From a virus: 64,000 bases of DNA. The stretch lies in IMG/VR virus record IMGVR_UViG_3300042691_015921. One strand, 5' to 3'. Positions 12,201 through 20,473 of the stretch are shown piece by piece. The translations under genes were made by a program, and so were the position numbers. Each line of letters starts with the position of its first letter. The stretch's first letter is position 1. The notes under the pieces were generated by a model, which was not told the DNA's origin, searched no databases, and was given only the letters and a program-made list of their open reading frames with translations.

Positions 12201-12228
12201 ATTAATTGAGTGGCAAATAACAGAGTGA
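6280..12228 (+). CDS. Giant cysteine-rich protein, 1982 aa (possible tail fibre/adhesin)
   Basis: Long ORF with SD (AGGA); many CxC, CC and CxxC clusters; last gene of the structural run. Confidence 0.5.
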   Translation: MAFITKTDDTKCYSCGKQCINVEFCSAGASYDSDDIGSQGISISRNIRVSIVANPEFWGFSGVLISGWATYSNGYYDFFDGHDEDHKAEKTCSSITYGPFLNEQRPDVFYRSVYDPDTGISTHYGSDGSLEGSGLGRGGAEVYLINRRSGLVAGVSSDNASCATANPTQVFKQFPENYGWGNKINFNTKIYKNLSGAWRMVSLENCHPQGNLYKPAGYLIDCSGNEKQNVSVEYKRFQNYEPSRTRASGNSSYYNYISGCHPDGSVAGKYAGYFDGSGSIFRSTSSSSFIQAKLAYGSLSNQIAASGLRNGMTIGIKNDVSGIFNNVYTIFDVTHTPTYTLVKFVGTTSNNTQPNSAIPTGDFSLNIGQSGHWVAFNTYDPQTCCGLSAYGISDKDKQFCDGLNYHTDFRRIFNHPKNILQSNRDPQWRYNYGLYDNITALSGILAESGRRDFRYPSIDNSGLPIIVSGSPVFEKQLSYYGDFFIEDKYDSAKRFEQAINRGKGRNATCYSKYATLEIFPDCVTQYDFYNKCVTETQTYVTNRLPRLAFVYRGCNFNDDCSFDASGLPLGGWKNQGSVPTGIEDLKRQLAGQEIHMFLNLGTAWGGRKPLSPCRCDCDSVIPGQYPPEHIQIPSPITFPSFPNFDLNPTGYGCKDARYQLNYKRNETGGYITQSGFCDPLPTSNYACMVKQPYVTYGYIMNLCGKETKNRKDVITEAFSKLHQDKTYTNANPTGNITEPMYWNIVAPNPTPFGGSGGVWSSGSSARGDSGGSFSQIGGSGYGFWGLADSNKQVVAPYFCTKQSSYTCCTNSGSYLDYNTTGTLTNILGTSNGWPTSKVPFLIEIEVDDSCVGCASSSMKAETLNLEINGLNSEFIWQQLSTRYGHNYCKYGAASVFGKAKTEPSFTCVSGFNLSVCGNDSLRATYGDYYTGNTCSCINGFNVTLHPVVASGSSGVIIGWTSNQLGGGAGMVELTGCNDFASAYLDADYFRAEGGGYRVFAQFDLACPDLHQYINEPYYPDVYYENNPISAIWGNANSCSHHYPARIGENGDLDLQTTLYLVAEQNVDIFKKLTSRGLRYKNFSQCLTLDDFSSVDNPFGICPGEKVYTYGCSLGAFFYGCNYSGGYPGSYPECNGNTPCNTCPTGTGSGTVVCSCGSAIGYEGIFPRRLPANYQLNECACECKDPALIAIYNLTSTGLVLVSGASAACASVYWAGTDKISPTLINCPTPQPFIGIKLGTSKSTDWYDWSHGVNSVVSGVRYELNKPFLNTEECNTLRRLPYTAGNNATNIDCTIASGKANYCNANSTVNTKTCGNPVYSTGSFPSDAIRVRKKKCHPEVAIVNKIECLGSGGYKLYVSREYHEHDRTWYEVESSSCKVVNAGAYVYNDGTTSGCQLINYSILADSVTPAYTSPCSTHPSSGSFVTQDYKYQKSSFPSGSHIWNYFNLFYSSGFLPTVANGYLIPSVSSGFACTGTPATIVNSGTVFGSGSYLSPSGFNGIFATNLKHSCVQDSAVCGGDLWCNKMFFPRHEYKAGTRIAPFGSPSICTANNEFKSAFELDGYDENGQTISGGKDILNEQKSRFFDWCNDSIIQLAKQDIGIDSTEIIVDDYLPLIGVIHPGWKFTSDIKSCTVGGTGCQDILPVHSDISIAGGIHEPKTYTTHGFDSMGYYLDKSGISYNGIGNLVGASGANQCLFNPFKILIDVECSLNRIARKNFPSDSPTYLHGVQTWPVESCLGMVGEPGCGCSDTKCQFASSVKQGECTAFQGTSYIGTIASGTYTYCPSGIECSGCGLSNCEERNGIFIQIGSPVGKFFDPNIFTSISPIGELAINSTVVCYCQSGSGTTSGVYTNVAGPLTGSWALNTCDGSVYQLLPSGTRYVRKWTCQNNQYINKAPSLGYTSLCDCESDINEGLCDAKYRCADFSTCACQEVGQSGQSVPNITTIGAGGSGTWWSSDCGCEAYPKAMGACGQDSLIEWQITE

Positions 12229-12663
12229 TCACCACTTGCCAATGGGACAACTAGAAGATTCCCATTTTGTTTTTGTCTCTAGATAACATCCACATTTACC
12301 ACATCTACTATTTTCAATAATAAATGGGCATTCAGCACAGATAGCCAATCTCTGTTTTTGTATATCTTCCGAAACGTTCTTCATACCATTCTGAATATGC
12401 TTTGCCGCAGATTGGATGAAATTCTTTGCCATCTGTGTTGTGGAGGGAAGACTAGGTTCTTCCTTAATAACAGTCTGTTCGGGAATTGGATCTTTTTTTG
12501 AACAGTCATTTGGATTCTGTTTTGGACCTCTGCATTGTTCCCACATATTAAAATAGCCAATGTGATTTTGGCATAGTTTATGTAAATGAGAAGATTTTTC
12601 AATCCCATGTCTTTTGCAGTATCCTGCCATTGGACATTCGCATGGGGTTTTATTATTGCTCAT
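12229..12663 (-). CDS. Small Cys-rich protein (DUF6171-like C-terminus)
   Basis: RLAICAECP...RCGKCGC...CPIGKW motif plus N-terminal CxC/CxxH cluster. Confidence 0.6.
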   Translation of the reverse strand: MSNNKTPCECPMAGYCKRHGIEKSSHLHKLCQNHIGYFNMWEQCRGPKQNPNDCSKKDPIPEQTVIKEEPSLPSTTQMAKNFIQSAAKHIQNGMKNVSEDIQKQRLAICAECPFIIENSRCGKCGCYLETKTKWESSSCPIGKW

Positions 12664-12892
12664 CCTGCATTATTCCAGATAGTACTTGATAAGTTCCAAT
12701 TCCTAACAGCATGGCATCTAGATAATCTCTATCTAAAGCTAAAAAGTGCATCATCCCAGCCATTTCATGGCGAACAATCGGTGCGTCCCAATTTAATGAT
12801 TCAAGTTCTTGCTGTGATATATCCTGTTCAATTATATCACTAAATAGAACTTTATCATTCTCTTTTTTAAACATTAGTCTATAGTATTTCAT
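12653..12892 (-). CDS. Hypothetical protein
   Basis: ORF with SD GGAG, overlapping the start of the next gene. Confidence 0.6.
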   Translation of the reverse strand: MKYYRLMFKKENDKVLFSDIIEQDISQQELESLNWDAPIVRHEMAGMMHFLALDRDYLDAMLLGIGTYQVLSGIMQDEQ

Positions 12893-12911
12893 AATTACTC
12901 CAGTCTATAAA

Positions 12912-12996
12912 CGGAAACTACAGGAGTCGAACCTGTGGAAGATTTCTCTTCGGCGGTTTAGTAAACCGCTGCCTTAGACCACTCAGCCAAGTTTCC
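12912..12996 (-). tRNA. tRNA-Ser, anticodon ACU
   Basis: Acceptor GGAAACT/AGTTTCC with G73; anticodon arm GCGGT-TTACTAA-ACCGC; long variable arm GAAGA-GAAA-TCTTC; T arm ACAGG-TTCGACT-CCTGT. Confidence 0.9.
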
Positions 12997-13009
12997 GCAT
13001 GATCAATGA

Positions 13010-13369
13010 TCATTCTTCCTTATTAGTTTCCTTATTATACTTTCTCCAGGGCTTCCAATTTCCTTCATCATCCTTGTTCTTTGGAAATAAACCACCACCC
13101 TTCTTATTTACTCCGAATGTACGCTTCGCAAAGTTACATTCAGGTTTCTTGGGATCGTGACATACCATTTCGTAGTATTCATTTTCTTCCTTATCAACTC
13201 TTACGTTGACGCGAACCTGATCCGATGTTTGTCCATTGCGTGAACATACGCAGTCATCAAATAATTCCTGCATATGATATAGAAACTTAAAAACATCCGT
13301 ATCAGATTCACAATCGTTAGAGATAACAACATTCTTTTCACCAAGCTTAACAAAATATTCTACTTTCAT
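13010..13369 (-). CDS. Hypothetical protein
   Basis: Coupled to upstream gene by an ATGA overlap. Confidence 0.7.
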   Translation of the reverse strand: MKVEYFVKLGEKNVVISNDCESDTDVFKFLYHMQELFDDCVCSRNGQTSDQVRVNVRVDKEENEYYEMVCHDPKKPECNFAKRTFGVNKKGGGLFPKNKDDEGNWKPWRKYNKETNKEE

Positions 13370-14076
13370 GTTTCATTCCAATCTTCTTTATAGCCCATTA
13401 AACTCTTATCAACATTCTGTTCACCACGCTTGATCTTATTGATTAAATCAATCATCTTAGCGGCGGTGTCTCTCTTAACCTCGTATATGCTATTATATAC
13501 CTTCTCACCAGAATTAATAAACTTGACCACATCAATATTTAGCTTTTTACAGTTAATATCAATATACTTAATTTGTTCTGGCTTGATTCTTTCATCCATC
13601 TGGTTTGGCTGTTGCGATAAGAACTGAGAAACATCTTTTTTGCATAGTTCTTCCGCAGCAACAACCCTTAGCTTTAGAGCCTTTCTCAATGCTCTACCCT
13701 CTGCCTTAGTTGAAGCAGTTGCAGGAGCATGAACGGCAAACATATCGTCTGTATTTCCAGCCCATACGTCTGCAACATCTGCATAAGTTTTACTGGATTT
13801 CTTTCCATCTTTGTCTGTAATTGAGAATACAACTTGATATATTACGGTAGTTTTTCCAATTGGATCTCCAGTTTCAATTCTATCCACTTTGATTGGTCCG
13901 CTGAATACAATTTCGCCAATCAATAGTTCTGCTACGCGACGAAGGCCAGCCGTTAGTGGATTGCCATCAATTAACTCTCTATCTGTAAAGAACTGCATAG
14001 CATAGTCATGCCACTCTGGCGATAACATGCTTGGTGGTACGTCTTTTTCCGAATTAGATTCTTCTTGTTTGACCAT
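13366..14076 (-). CDS. Putative Rad52/Sak-like single-strand annealing protein
   Basis: GLRRVAE... and ATASTKAEGRALRKAL motifs resemble the Rad52/Sak core; replication context. Confidence 0.5.
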   Translation of the reverse strand: MVKQEESNSEKDVPPSMLSPEWHDYAMQFFTDRELIDGNPLTAGLRRVAELLIGEIVFSGPIKVDRIETGDPIGKTTVIYQVVFSITDKDGKKSSKTYADVADVWAGNTDDMFAVHAPATASTKAEGRALRKALKLRVVAAEELCKKDVSQFLSQQPNQMDERIKPEQIKYIDINCKKLNIDVVKFINSGEKVYNSIYEVKRDTAAKMIDLINKIKRGEQNVDKSLMGYKEDWNET

Positions 14077-14881
14077 CTTTTACCTCAATTTCTATCAATC
14101 TACTTTTTGGTGGTGGAAAATTTTCCTGAATAGATGCAATTTCCTTCAATACTAATGATAGCAGATGATTCATCTTTGTCAAGGAGATACTTTTATCAAT
14201 CTGTCTAATCCTAATAATAACATATCCACTATTGATAAGAATACCCTGCTTGGCAGTGTCAGCAATTCTCTGCTTCATTAACTTCTCATCACCCCATATC
14301 GGCAAAAAATGCCCAGGACCATCAATCTCAATTGCAGTTTTTATTTCTGGAAGGAATAAGTCTACTTCTAGATTATTTCCAAATACAAGACCGCTCTTAT
14401 GAAATTCAACAGTATATCCGGCCTTACTGAGTCCATTGTTAAGATGAAGTTCAGTTTTAGATCCAAGTCTACTTGCCAGTCTTACGCTCTCTAGTGCTAA
14501 TAGTCTTATTTCTTCTTGCTTTGCTTTTCCAAGTGCTTCCCAATTCTTTTTACTTATATCAGATATTTTCTTTTTGTCTTCTTCTGATAGATTATGATAA
14601 GCCTTAGATCTAGAAACGCCTATCTTTTCTTTATGGTTTTTGTCTAGAGTCTTACCTTCCGTTGGGTGTCTAGCCCTGCCCTTTTCTAGTGCAAGCTTTT
14701 GTGCTTCTGAATAGTCTCTCTTGTAATAGTCTTCGTCATTATGTAGAACTTTTCCCAAGAACTTTAGGGCACGAAGAATTTTTGTTGAATATGTGTTAAG
14801 TGATTCGGCTATTTCATAGCTACTGCACCCCTTGTTATACATATCTAAAATCCGATCTTTATTTATCAAAGCAAATTCCAT
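14054..14881 (-). CDS. Putative free-standing homing endonuclease (HTH + helical repeats + DUF559/Vsr-like nuclease)
   Basis: N-terminal HTH (SSYEIAESLNT); C-terminal EVDLFLPEIKTAIEIDGPGH motif. Confidence 0.7.
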   Translation of the reverse strand: MEFALINKDRILDMYNKGCSSYEIAESLNTYSTKILRALKFLGKVLHNDEDYYKRDYSEAQKLALEKGRARHPTEGKTLDKNHKEKIGVSRSKAYHNLSEEDKKKISDISKKNWEALGKAKQEEIRLLALESVRLASRLGSKTELHLNNGLSKAGYTVEFHKSGLVFGNNLEVDLFLPEIKTAIEIDGPGHFLPIWGDEKLMKQRIADTAKQGILINSGYVIIRIRQIDKSISLTKMNHLLSLVLKEIASIQENFPPPKSRLIEIEVKDGQTRRI

Positions 14882-15333
14882 AGTCCCTCCAATGTAAATC
14901 TATTCATAATTTTATCAAATGTTATTCCACATAAATTTTTAATAGGTTGAATATAATCCTCAGATCTTAGTATTATTGTTAAGTCTTTATTTGTTAGCAC
15001 ATCGTATACATCGTCATATAGTAATGGTTTAAACATCCAATCTAAATCATAAAGATATAATACTTTTTTCGAATTATTAGAACATCCAAGAATATACTGT
15101 GCGTTTTCTATTGTATTTACCAGTAAAACACCATCGTTGAACGAGTCCATTTCTACTGGAGGAAATACGGCTGTATTTATATTCATAAGAGGAAAAGACT
15201 GATCTAATGCTGATATGGATATTTCTTCATTAGAGTCCAATACTGTATTATTTATATCCAGCATAACAAAATGATTAAATTCTGAATAAGATAAATTATC
15301 TAAACATATCATTGTTTTCATTTTTTGCACCAT
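14866..15333 (-). CDS. Hypothetical protein (possible degenerate glycosyltransferase domain)
   Basis: KVLYLYDLDW motif; lies in a GT-rich block. Confidence 0.45.
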   Translation of the reverse strand: MVQKMKTMICLDNLSYSEFNHFVMLDINNTVLDSNEEISISALDQSFPLMNINTAVFPPVEMDSFNDGVLLVNTIENAQYILGCSNNSKKVLYLYDLDWMFKPLLYDDVYDVLTNKDLTIILRSEDYIQPIKNLCGITFDKIMNRFTLEGLWNLL

Positions 15334-16100
15334 TCTGTTTTCTTATTTCTTAATATATCCTCTGCTATTTTATTCAAGCCAACAGTCTTGAATATAAATG
15401 CCGCTCTATCAAAGGACGTATGCTTACTTATTATATCTTCTCTGCTATATCCTTCGACTTGATATTTTGCGTCATCAACAACAGCGTGGTGTATTTTATC
15501 AGCACATTCTTCATAATTATTTCCATTATAGACTATTGGATTTCCACCGGCAGCAATAATATCCATTAGTCTAGACTCGTCATCATGAGAAACTAATGAG
15601 GCTTTAGAGTTGCTGTAAAACTTAAAATAATCATCTATATTGCACATTCCACAATAGCCGGATATATTATGCGGCTGATGATTAAAAAACTTAAAATTGA
15701 AACTACTGTTAACTATCCAATTTAGTAATTTTCCAAAAACAATTGGTGTTCCAATGTATAGAATATCAGAAGAAAATTTAGGAATATCTTTTTCATCTAC
15801 TGTAGATGGTCTAAAGTGTACAAAACCTCCTATATAGTTTTTAGACTTTTTATTTGATAATGAAAAAGAGTTTTTAGAATCTGATTCATTTATATTTATT
15901 GAAACCGCACGATTCTTTATTGGAAATTGATTGGTGTTTGGTATATTATGTATTATAACATCTGGATTAAAATTAGATATGGTTTCATGATTAATTTCTC
16001 CAGATAGATATCCACATTCATGCTTAGTCTTTGATATTACTGATAATAATGAATCAAAGTGTGTATCGCCTGTATATCTATAGAATAGTAGTCTCATCAT
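15318..16100 (-). CDS. Degenerate CgeB-like/GT-B glycosyltransferase
   Basis: SDILYIG, RLMDIIAAGG and HTSFDRA motifs resemble CgeB-type GTs. Confidence 0.5.
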   Translation of the reverse strand: MMRLLFYRYTGDTHFDSLLSVISKTKHECGYLSGEINHETISNFNPDVIIHNIPNTNQFPIKNRAVSININESDSKNSFSLSNKKSKNYIGGFVHFRPSTVDEKDIPKFSSDILYIGTPIVFGKLLNWIVNSSFNFKFFNHQPHNISGYCGMCNIDDYFKFYSNSKASLVSHDDESRLMDIIAAGGNPIVYNGNNYEECADKIHHAVVDDAKYQVEGYSREDIISKHTSFDRAAFIFKTVGLNKIAEDILRNKKTEWCKK

Positions 16101-16909
16101 AGTTCCTTTAAAGTTTTAATATCGTCCTGTTTTTTCTTTATTACGGATATTGTGATTTGATTTAATAATGTATTTATGAATGACTCTAGATTATAGAACT
16201 TTCTTTTAACATGATCGTTAATGAGATTTCTAGCAATATCAAAATCTGACTCATTTATAAATAAGATTTCTGACCACACGTTTGGTAATCCGTATGACAT
16301 ATTTAATAGTTTTCCACCATCAATTAAAAGCCCAATGTCATAATTATTTTTATCTTCGTTATGTATTATTGTATGTGTTTGTTTGTTATTTGATGGAGAG
16401 ATGCATGACTTATTAAATAATCTATCTCCGTGTATTATATATGTGTTTTGTGGTAGTGCTAAATTTAATCCAAAAATCCAACAGTCTAAAGCACTAGACA
16501 TTTTATGATATTTATTTTCTGCTATACGTATGTTTTTATATTTCTTGGAATGTATATGGGATACTAATTTATCATGCTCAAATCCTGAGATAATGATGAT
16601 CTCACTATCTGGATAAGAACTTCTTATTGTTTGTATTTGCTCATCTATTAGGAAATTTTTGTTATCTAGTACGGTTAAAGGAATATTTTTGTATCCCCTT
16701 TTATTTGATTTTTGTGAGCATAATATGATAAATGTGGTTGATACATCACAATTGTTTTTGATTTTATGTATACATTTCTTATTATTCATATTGATAAATT
16801 GTACACAAACTCTTTGGGATGTGAATACTGGCATAATTATTACCAACAATTTGTAATTTATCCTGATCGGTAAAATGCTTAACAAGTTTAGATGTTGACC
16901 AAAACACAA
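16097..16909 (-). CDS. Nucleotidyltransferase-like protein (LicC/NTP-transferase fold); likely start at 16789
   Basis: FIILCS...LIDEQI...EIIIISGFE...IIHGD pattern of sugar/choline-phosphate nucleotidyltransferases. Confidence 0.55.
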   Translation of the reverse strand: MCFGQHLNLLSILPIRINYKLLVIIMPVFTSQRVCVQFINMNNKKCIHKIKNNCDVSTTFIILCSQKSNKRGYKNIPLTVLDNKNFLIDEQIQTIRSSYPDSEIIIISGFEHDKLVSHIHSKKYKNIRIAENKYHKMSSALDCWIFGLNLALPQNTYIIHGDRLFNKSCISPSNNKQTHTIIHNEDKNNYDIGLLIDGGKLLNMSYGLPNVWSEILFINESDFDIARNLINDHVKRKFYNLESFINTLLNQITISVIKKKQDDIKTLKEL

Positions 16910-17399
16910 CTGGAATATTTAGAGATACATTCATAGCCCTTGATCTCATAAAACATTTGATATCATTAATGTTGTAGTCAGTGTATATAAAACCACTACT
17001 TTCTTCTTTTAACCACTCTAGACCTAATTCATCTATAGAATAGGGATTAAGCACTACATTGTCTGATATGCTTGCAAATGCTATTGAATCACCATGCTGA
17101 ATAAGATTTTGTAAAACAATATTATCAGCGTTTTCTCTTTCTTCATAATCTCTAGTTAGTATTTCGATTTCTATTAATGATTTAATTTGACTCAATTGAC
17201 TTTCAATACGTTTGGATAATGAAAAATCATATAGGTTTAGAAAGACTTTATATTTTTTAGAATTACATCCATTGACTATAGAAAGTAATAGATTATCATC
17301 TATATCATTAAGTATCTTATAATTAATTACTATATTCTGCATTGACTTCTTCCCATGTGAATACTTGTGGATCAGAATTTTCTTTACTAGATATATCAA
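16782..17399 (-). CDS. Hypothetical protein (GT-A-like remnant); likely start at 17342
   Basis: GFIYTDY and HIPKSL motifs resemble GT2 C-termini. Confidence 0.4.
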   Translation of the reverse strand: MIYLVKKILIHKYSHGKKSMQNIVINYKILNDIDDNLLLSIVNGCNSKKYKVFLNLYDFSLSKRIESQLSQIKSLIEIEILTRDYEERENADNIVLQNLIQHGDSIAFASISDNVVLNPYSIDELGLEWLKEESSGFIYTDYNINDIKCFMRSRAMNVSLNIPVVFWSTSKLVKHFTDQDKLQIVGNNYASIHIPKSLCTIYQYE

Positions 17400-18063
17400 G
17401 GAGTTTATCTTTAAAACTACACTCTAGATCGCCCTTTAGCCATTTATATAGATGAACCATGCTCACAGATTGATGCACTGAATCAGTTCCTCTTATATGA
17501 AGAAGTCTATATAATTTTTTATTTACAAAAGTGTCTACTTTATCAATCATGTCCTGATCAAAATCAAAGTCTGAATTTAAAATAAATAGATATCCATTCT
17601 TTGCAAAAGATAGTGACTTATAAATCTGTAATGCCCCATTATTATCTATAGCATGTATTATCTTATAGTCTGTGTCAATATTATTGCCACATGCAGAAAA
17701 GACATCTTGATGTTTTAATTTGCTATATATTACAATAATTTTAAAGTTCTTAATCTTAGGATTTTTATTTAACTTAATTAGAGTTCTTTCTAGTGCTTGT
17801 TTATCTAGAGCAAATATAACGATAGTACCACAAATATAAACTTCATCGTTACATATATCTATCTTTTCCTTAAGAGATAGATCTGTATTCCAATTTTCTG
17901 GACGCTTATATTGACATATTCTATCTATCAAGGGATCATTATTATCAGTGTATGTAATAGTAGCACCACGATCTATAAACTTATTAATAAGTCCATGCTC
18001 ACATGTTTTATTACTATTATCATAAAAACAACATCTTCCACAGTATGTTCCTATGTTAGCCAT
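17323..18063 (-). CDS. Hypothetical protein with N-terminal Cys cluster and DxD motif
   Basis: CGRCCFY...C; ILNSDFDF. Confidence 0.5.
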   Translation of the reverse strand: MANIGTYCGRCCFYDNSNKTCEHGLINKFIDRGATITYTDNNDPLIDRICQYKRPENWNTDLSLKEKIDICNDEVYICGTIVIFALDKQALERTLIKLNKNPKIKNFKIIVIYSKLKHQDVFSACGNNIDTDYKIIHAIDNNGALQIYKSLSFAKNGYLFILNSDFDFDQDMIDKVDTFVNKKLYRLLHIRGTDSVHQSVSMVHLYKWLKGDLECSFKDKLLDISSKENSDPQVFTWEEVNAEYSN

Positions 18064-19700
18064 TTTGCGTTCCTGTCAATTAGTCTTGATCTATTAATTC
18101 TGATTTCTTCCCATATATTGTAATTTTGTAATCTACTTTCAAAAGTCTTAAATATTATCTCTCTATTCATTGGTTTTGGTCTATTATCTGAGAATGGAGA
18201 GAACTCACTTACATAAAATCCATTCCAAGAAGCTTTAGATATTCCACGCTGCAAATCAGTTAGCATTGTCCTATAAAAATAGGAGGTCTTATGGGGTTGG
18301 TAATAGGAATAGGCGTCCGAGAGTTGCTTCATAAAAACAAAGTTAGATGGCTCTTGTACATTTATCTGAACTGGCTGTATTAATAATGGGGGCTGTTTCC
18401 AGTCTGCGTGTTTACAGTCATCAATAACTTTCATCCATTCGCTGGCAGTCTTATCCCAATTATAATTTTTTTCAAACAATTCTCTTGTCTCTATTCTCTT
18501 TTGATTTCTATAGTCTTCACTGGATGCGAAGAAAGATTTGAATATATTAATAAGAGATCTGTTATCTATAACGGCACGATTGCATCCAGTCTCTAGTTCT
18601 TTATATGTAGAAAAAGATATAGGATATCCACCAAGTTTATTTACAACGTCTTCCATAGCGGAATAGTTTGTACATGCAATTGGAATTCCGCAAGCCGCAG
18701 CTTCAACTTGTGGTAATCCGAAACCCTCGGAATTAGCAGACTGTACATATAGATCAAATAGGTTATATATCTTAGCTAAATCTTCATCCGTAGCACCATT
18801 GCCGACGTTTGACGGGGTAGATGAATATTGTTTGCACTTACTGCATACTTTTCTAGAATCTCTGAAAAAAGATGCTTCAACGTGTTTGCAGTTTTCACAT
18901 ATATAGGTCATTAATACTTTAGAAGATATATTGTTTTGATGAATTAATTCAGCTAGATTCCATCCAGCATCTGGAAAGCTTGTATGCAGGTAAAGGAATG
19001 TATTCTTTTCGCCCGATTCTTCTAGATATTTGCTGAATGATTCTATCAAGGCGGGAAATAGCTTACGCCTTTGATTTCTCATCACAGTGCCAATTATCTT
19101 TACATCAGACCTAAGATTAAATTCCTCTCTGATAGCGTCTCTATCCATAGGAATAAAACATGGGGCGGCAGACGGGGAGGCGACACCAACTGTATTAAGT
19201 CTAGTACCGCCCTGTTCTTCTAATGTTTTCTTGGCCCAATCAGAGTATGTTAATACGTAATCAACATCAGAAAACATATCTATCCACTCTTGATTTTGTG
19301 GACTAGCATCAACCGTTGGCATCCATGCCCAAGAAAAGATTCTTCTATATGGAGAATGATATATAAAAGAATCCATCCAGAAGTCTCTAATAGAAAGTAC
19401 TATATCTGGTTCAAATTCTAAGCAAACTCTTTCAAATCTCCATGCACCAAATTGGTTCATTGGATTAGAATTATATGCATTTACCTCTTGCTCATTATTT
19501 GGATCTGGCATATTAGCATAATTTTTCCAAGGTATATTTTTTCTACGAGGATCGTCTATACCTCCATATACAGAAAATTCAGCAATATCATATTTATTAG
19601 AAGCATGTATTCTAGATATTACTTCTTTACTGTATTTTGCATATCCTGTATTTAGATATGCTGCCTCAGATATAAATAATACTTTCTTTTTTTTAGCCAT
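18051..19700 (-). CDS. GT-B (GT4-like) glycosyltransferase with internal zinc ribbon
   Basis: TGYA N-motif; SEGFGLPQVEAAACGIP; NWDKTA; CENC...CSKC insertion. Confidence 0.85.
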   Translation of the reverse strand: MAKKKKVLFISEAAYLNTGYAKYSKEVISRIHASNKYDIAEFSVYGGIDDPRRKNIPWKNYANMPDPNNEQEVNAYNSNPMNQFGAWRFERVCLEFEPDIVLSIRDFWMDSFIYHSPYRRIFSWAWMPTVDASPQNQEWIDMFSDVDYVLTYSDWAKKTLEEQGGTRLNTVGVASPSAAPCFIPMDRDAIREEFNLRSDVKIIGTVMRNQRRKLFPALIESFSKYLEESGEKNTFLYLHTSFPDAGWNLAELIHQNNISSKVLMTYICENCKHVEASFFRDSRKVCSKCKQYSSTPSNVGNGATDEDLAKIYNLFDLYVQSANSEGFGLPQVEAAACGIPIACTNYSAMEDVVNKLGGYPISFSTYKELETGCNRAVIDNRSLINIFKSFFASSEDYRNQKRIETRELFEKNYNWDKTASEWMKVIDDCKHADWKQPPLLIQPVQINVQEPSNFVFMKQLSDAYSYYQPHKTSYFYRTMLTDLQRGISKASWNGFYVSEFSPFSDNRPKPMNREIIFKTFESRLQNYNIWEEIRINRSRLIDRNAKWLT

Positions 19701-20166
19701 TGTTTTGTTTATCCATTCTCGACTTTAACGTAGTTAATATTTTTGATACTTTATTTGGAGATATCTTTAATTGTGTAGATATGCTCTTATTTGTATTTCC
19801 ATTAATTTTCAAGTCAACAATTTGTTTTTCTAATTCTGTTTTAGCATTTACTAGATCATAATAGTCTGTATAGGCAAATTCATTATCATGATATGTAAAA
19901 CTATTATTATCAGCATACAGTAATTCAGACTGTTGTTTTTGCGACTTGATAAATTTAAGAATATCGTTCCTTACGCAGTGGGTGATGAATGTTGAAATTT
20001 TTCCCCTAGTTTCATCATATTTGTGTCCACTCTTACATAATGCTAAGAAACCCACCTGTATTAGATCTTCCTTGCTAAATAATTTATTCTTGATATAGAT
20101 TGAATTTGCAATTTTGTATACTAACTTTTTATTATCCTCAATCATTTTCTCAACTGTTTTATCCAT
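19693..20166 (-). CDS. Sigma-70 family RNA polymerase sigma factor (regions 2 and 4)
   Basis: EDLIQVGFLAL...YDETRGKISTFITHCVRN; C-terminal HTH. Confidence 0.85.
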   Translation of the reverse strand: MDKTVEKMIEDNKKLVYKIANSIYIKNKLFSKEDLIQVGFLALCKSGHKYDETRGKISTFITHCVRNDILKFIKSQKQQSELLYADNNSFTYHDNEFAYTDYYDLVNAKTELEKQIVDLKINGNTNKSISTQLKISPNKVSKILTTLKSRMDKQNNG

Positions 20167-20175
20167 AATCTTTTC

Positions 20176-20466
20176 CTATTTAATAATCTTAAATTCATTT
20201 ATTCTAAAATATACTCTATATCTATCTTTTCTGGCAGTTGAATCTATAATCAATAATTCATCGCCAGGGTGTAAGCTAGATAGTATAAAAGCAGCACTTC
20301 CCCATGCCTCAAAATCTAAACATTCACAATCAATTTTTTTGAAATCATTATTACTTTTTCTTTTATTTTCTACTGCCAACGTGATATGGACATAATCTAC
20401 AGCATCGGCTTTTTGACCGCCATAAGCTATATCCGTTACCTTGCCAAAAAATGAACAATGATTCAT
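20176..20466 (-). CDS. ssb: Single-stranded DNA-binding protein (short OB fold)
   Basis: MNHCSFFGKV...ITLAV...DFEAWG pattern of SSB. Confidence 0.6.
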   Translation of the reverse strand: MNHCSFFGKVTDIAYGGQKADAVDYVHITLAVENKRKSNNDFKKIDCECLDFEAWGSAAFILSSLHPGDELLIIDSTARKDRYRVYFRINEFKIIK

Positions 20467-20473
20467 ATCAATC

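Noticed and set aside
12955-12967. Reading the Ser tRNA as an amber suppressor (CUA)
   Set aside because: The 5-bp stem fixes the loop as UU-ACU-AA; CUA would need A33 and a shifted stem. TAG also acts as a normal stop in this window, so there is no sign of recoding.
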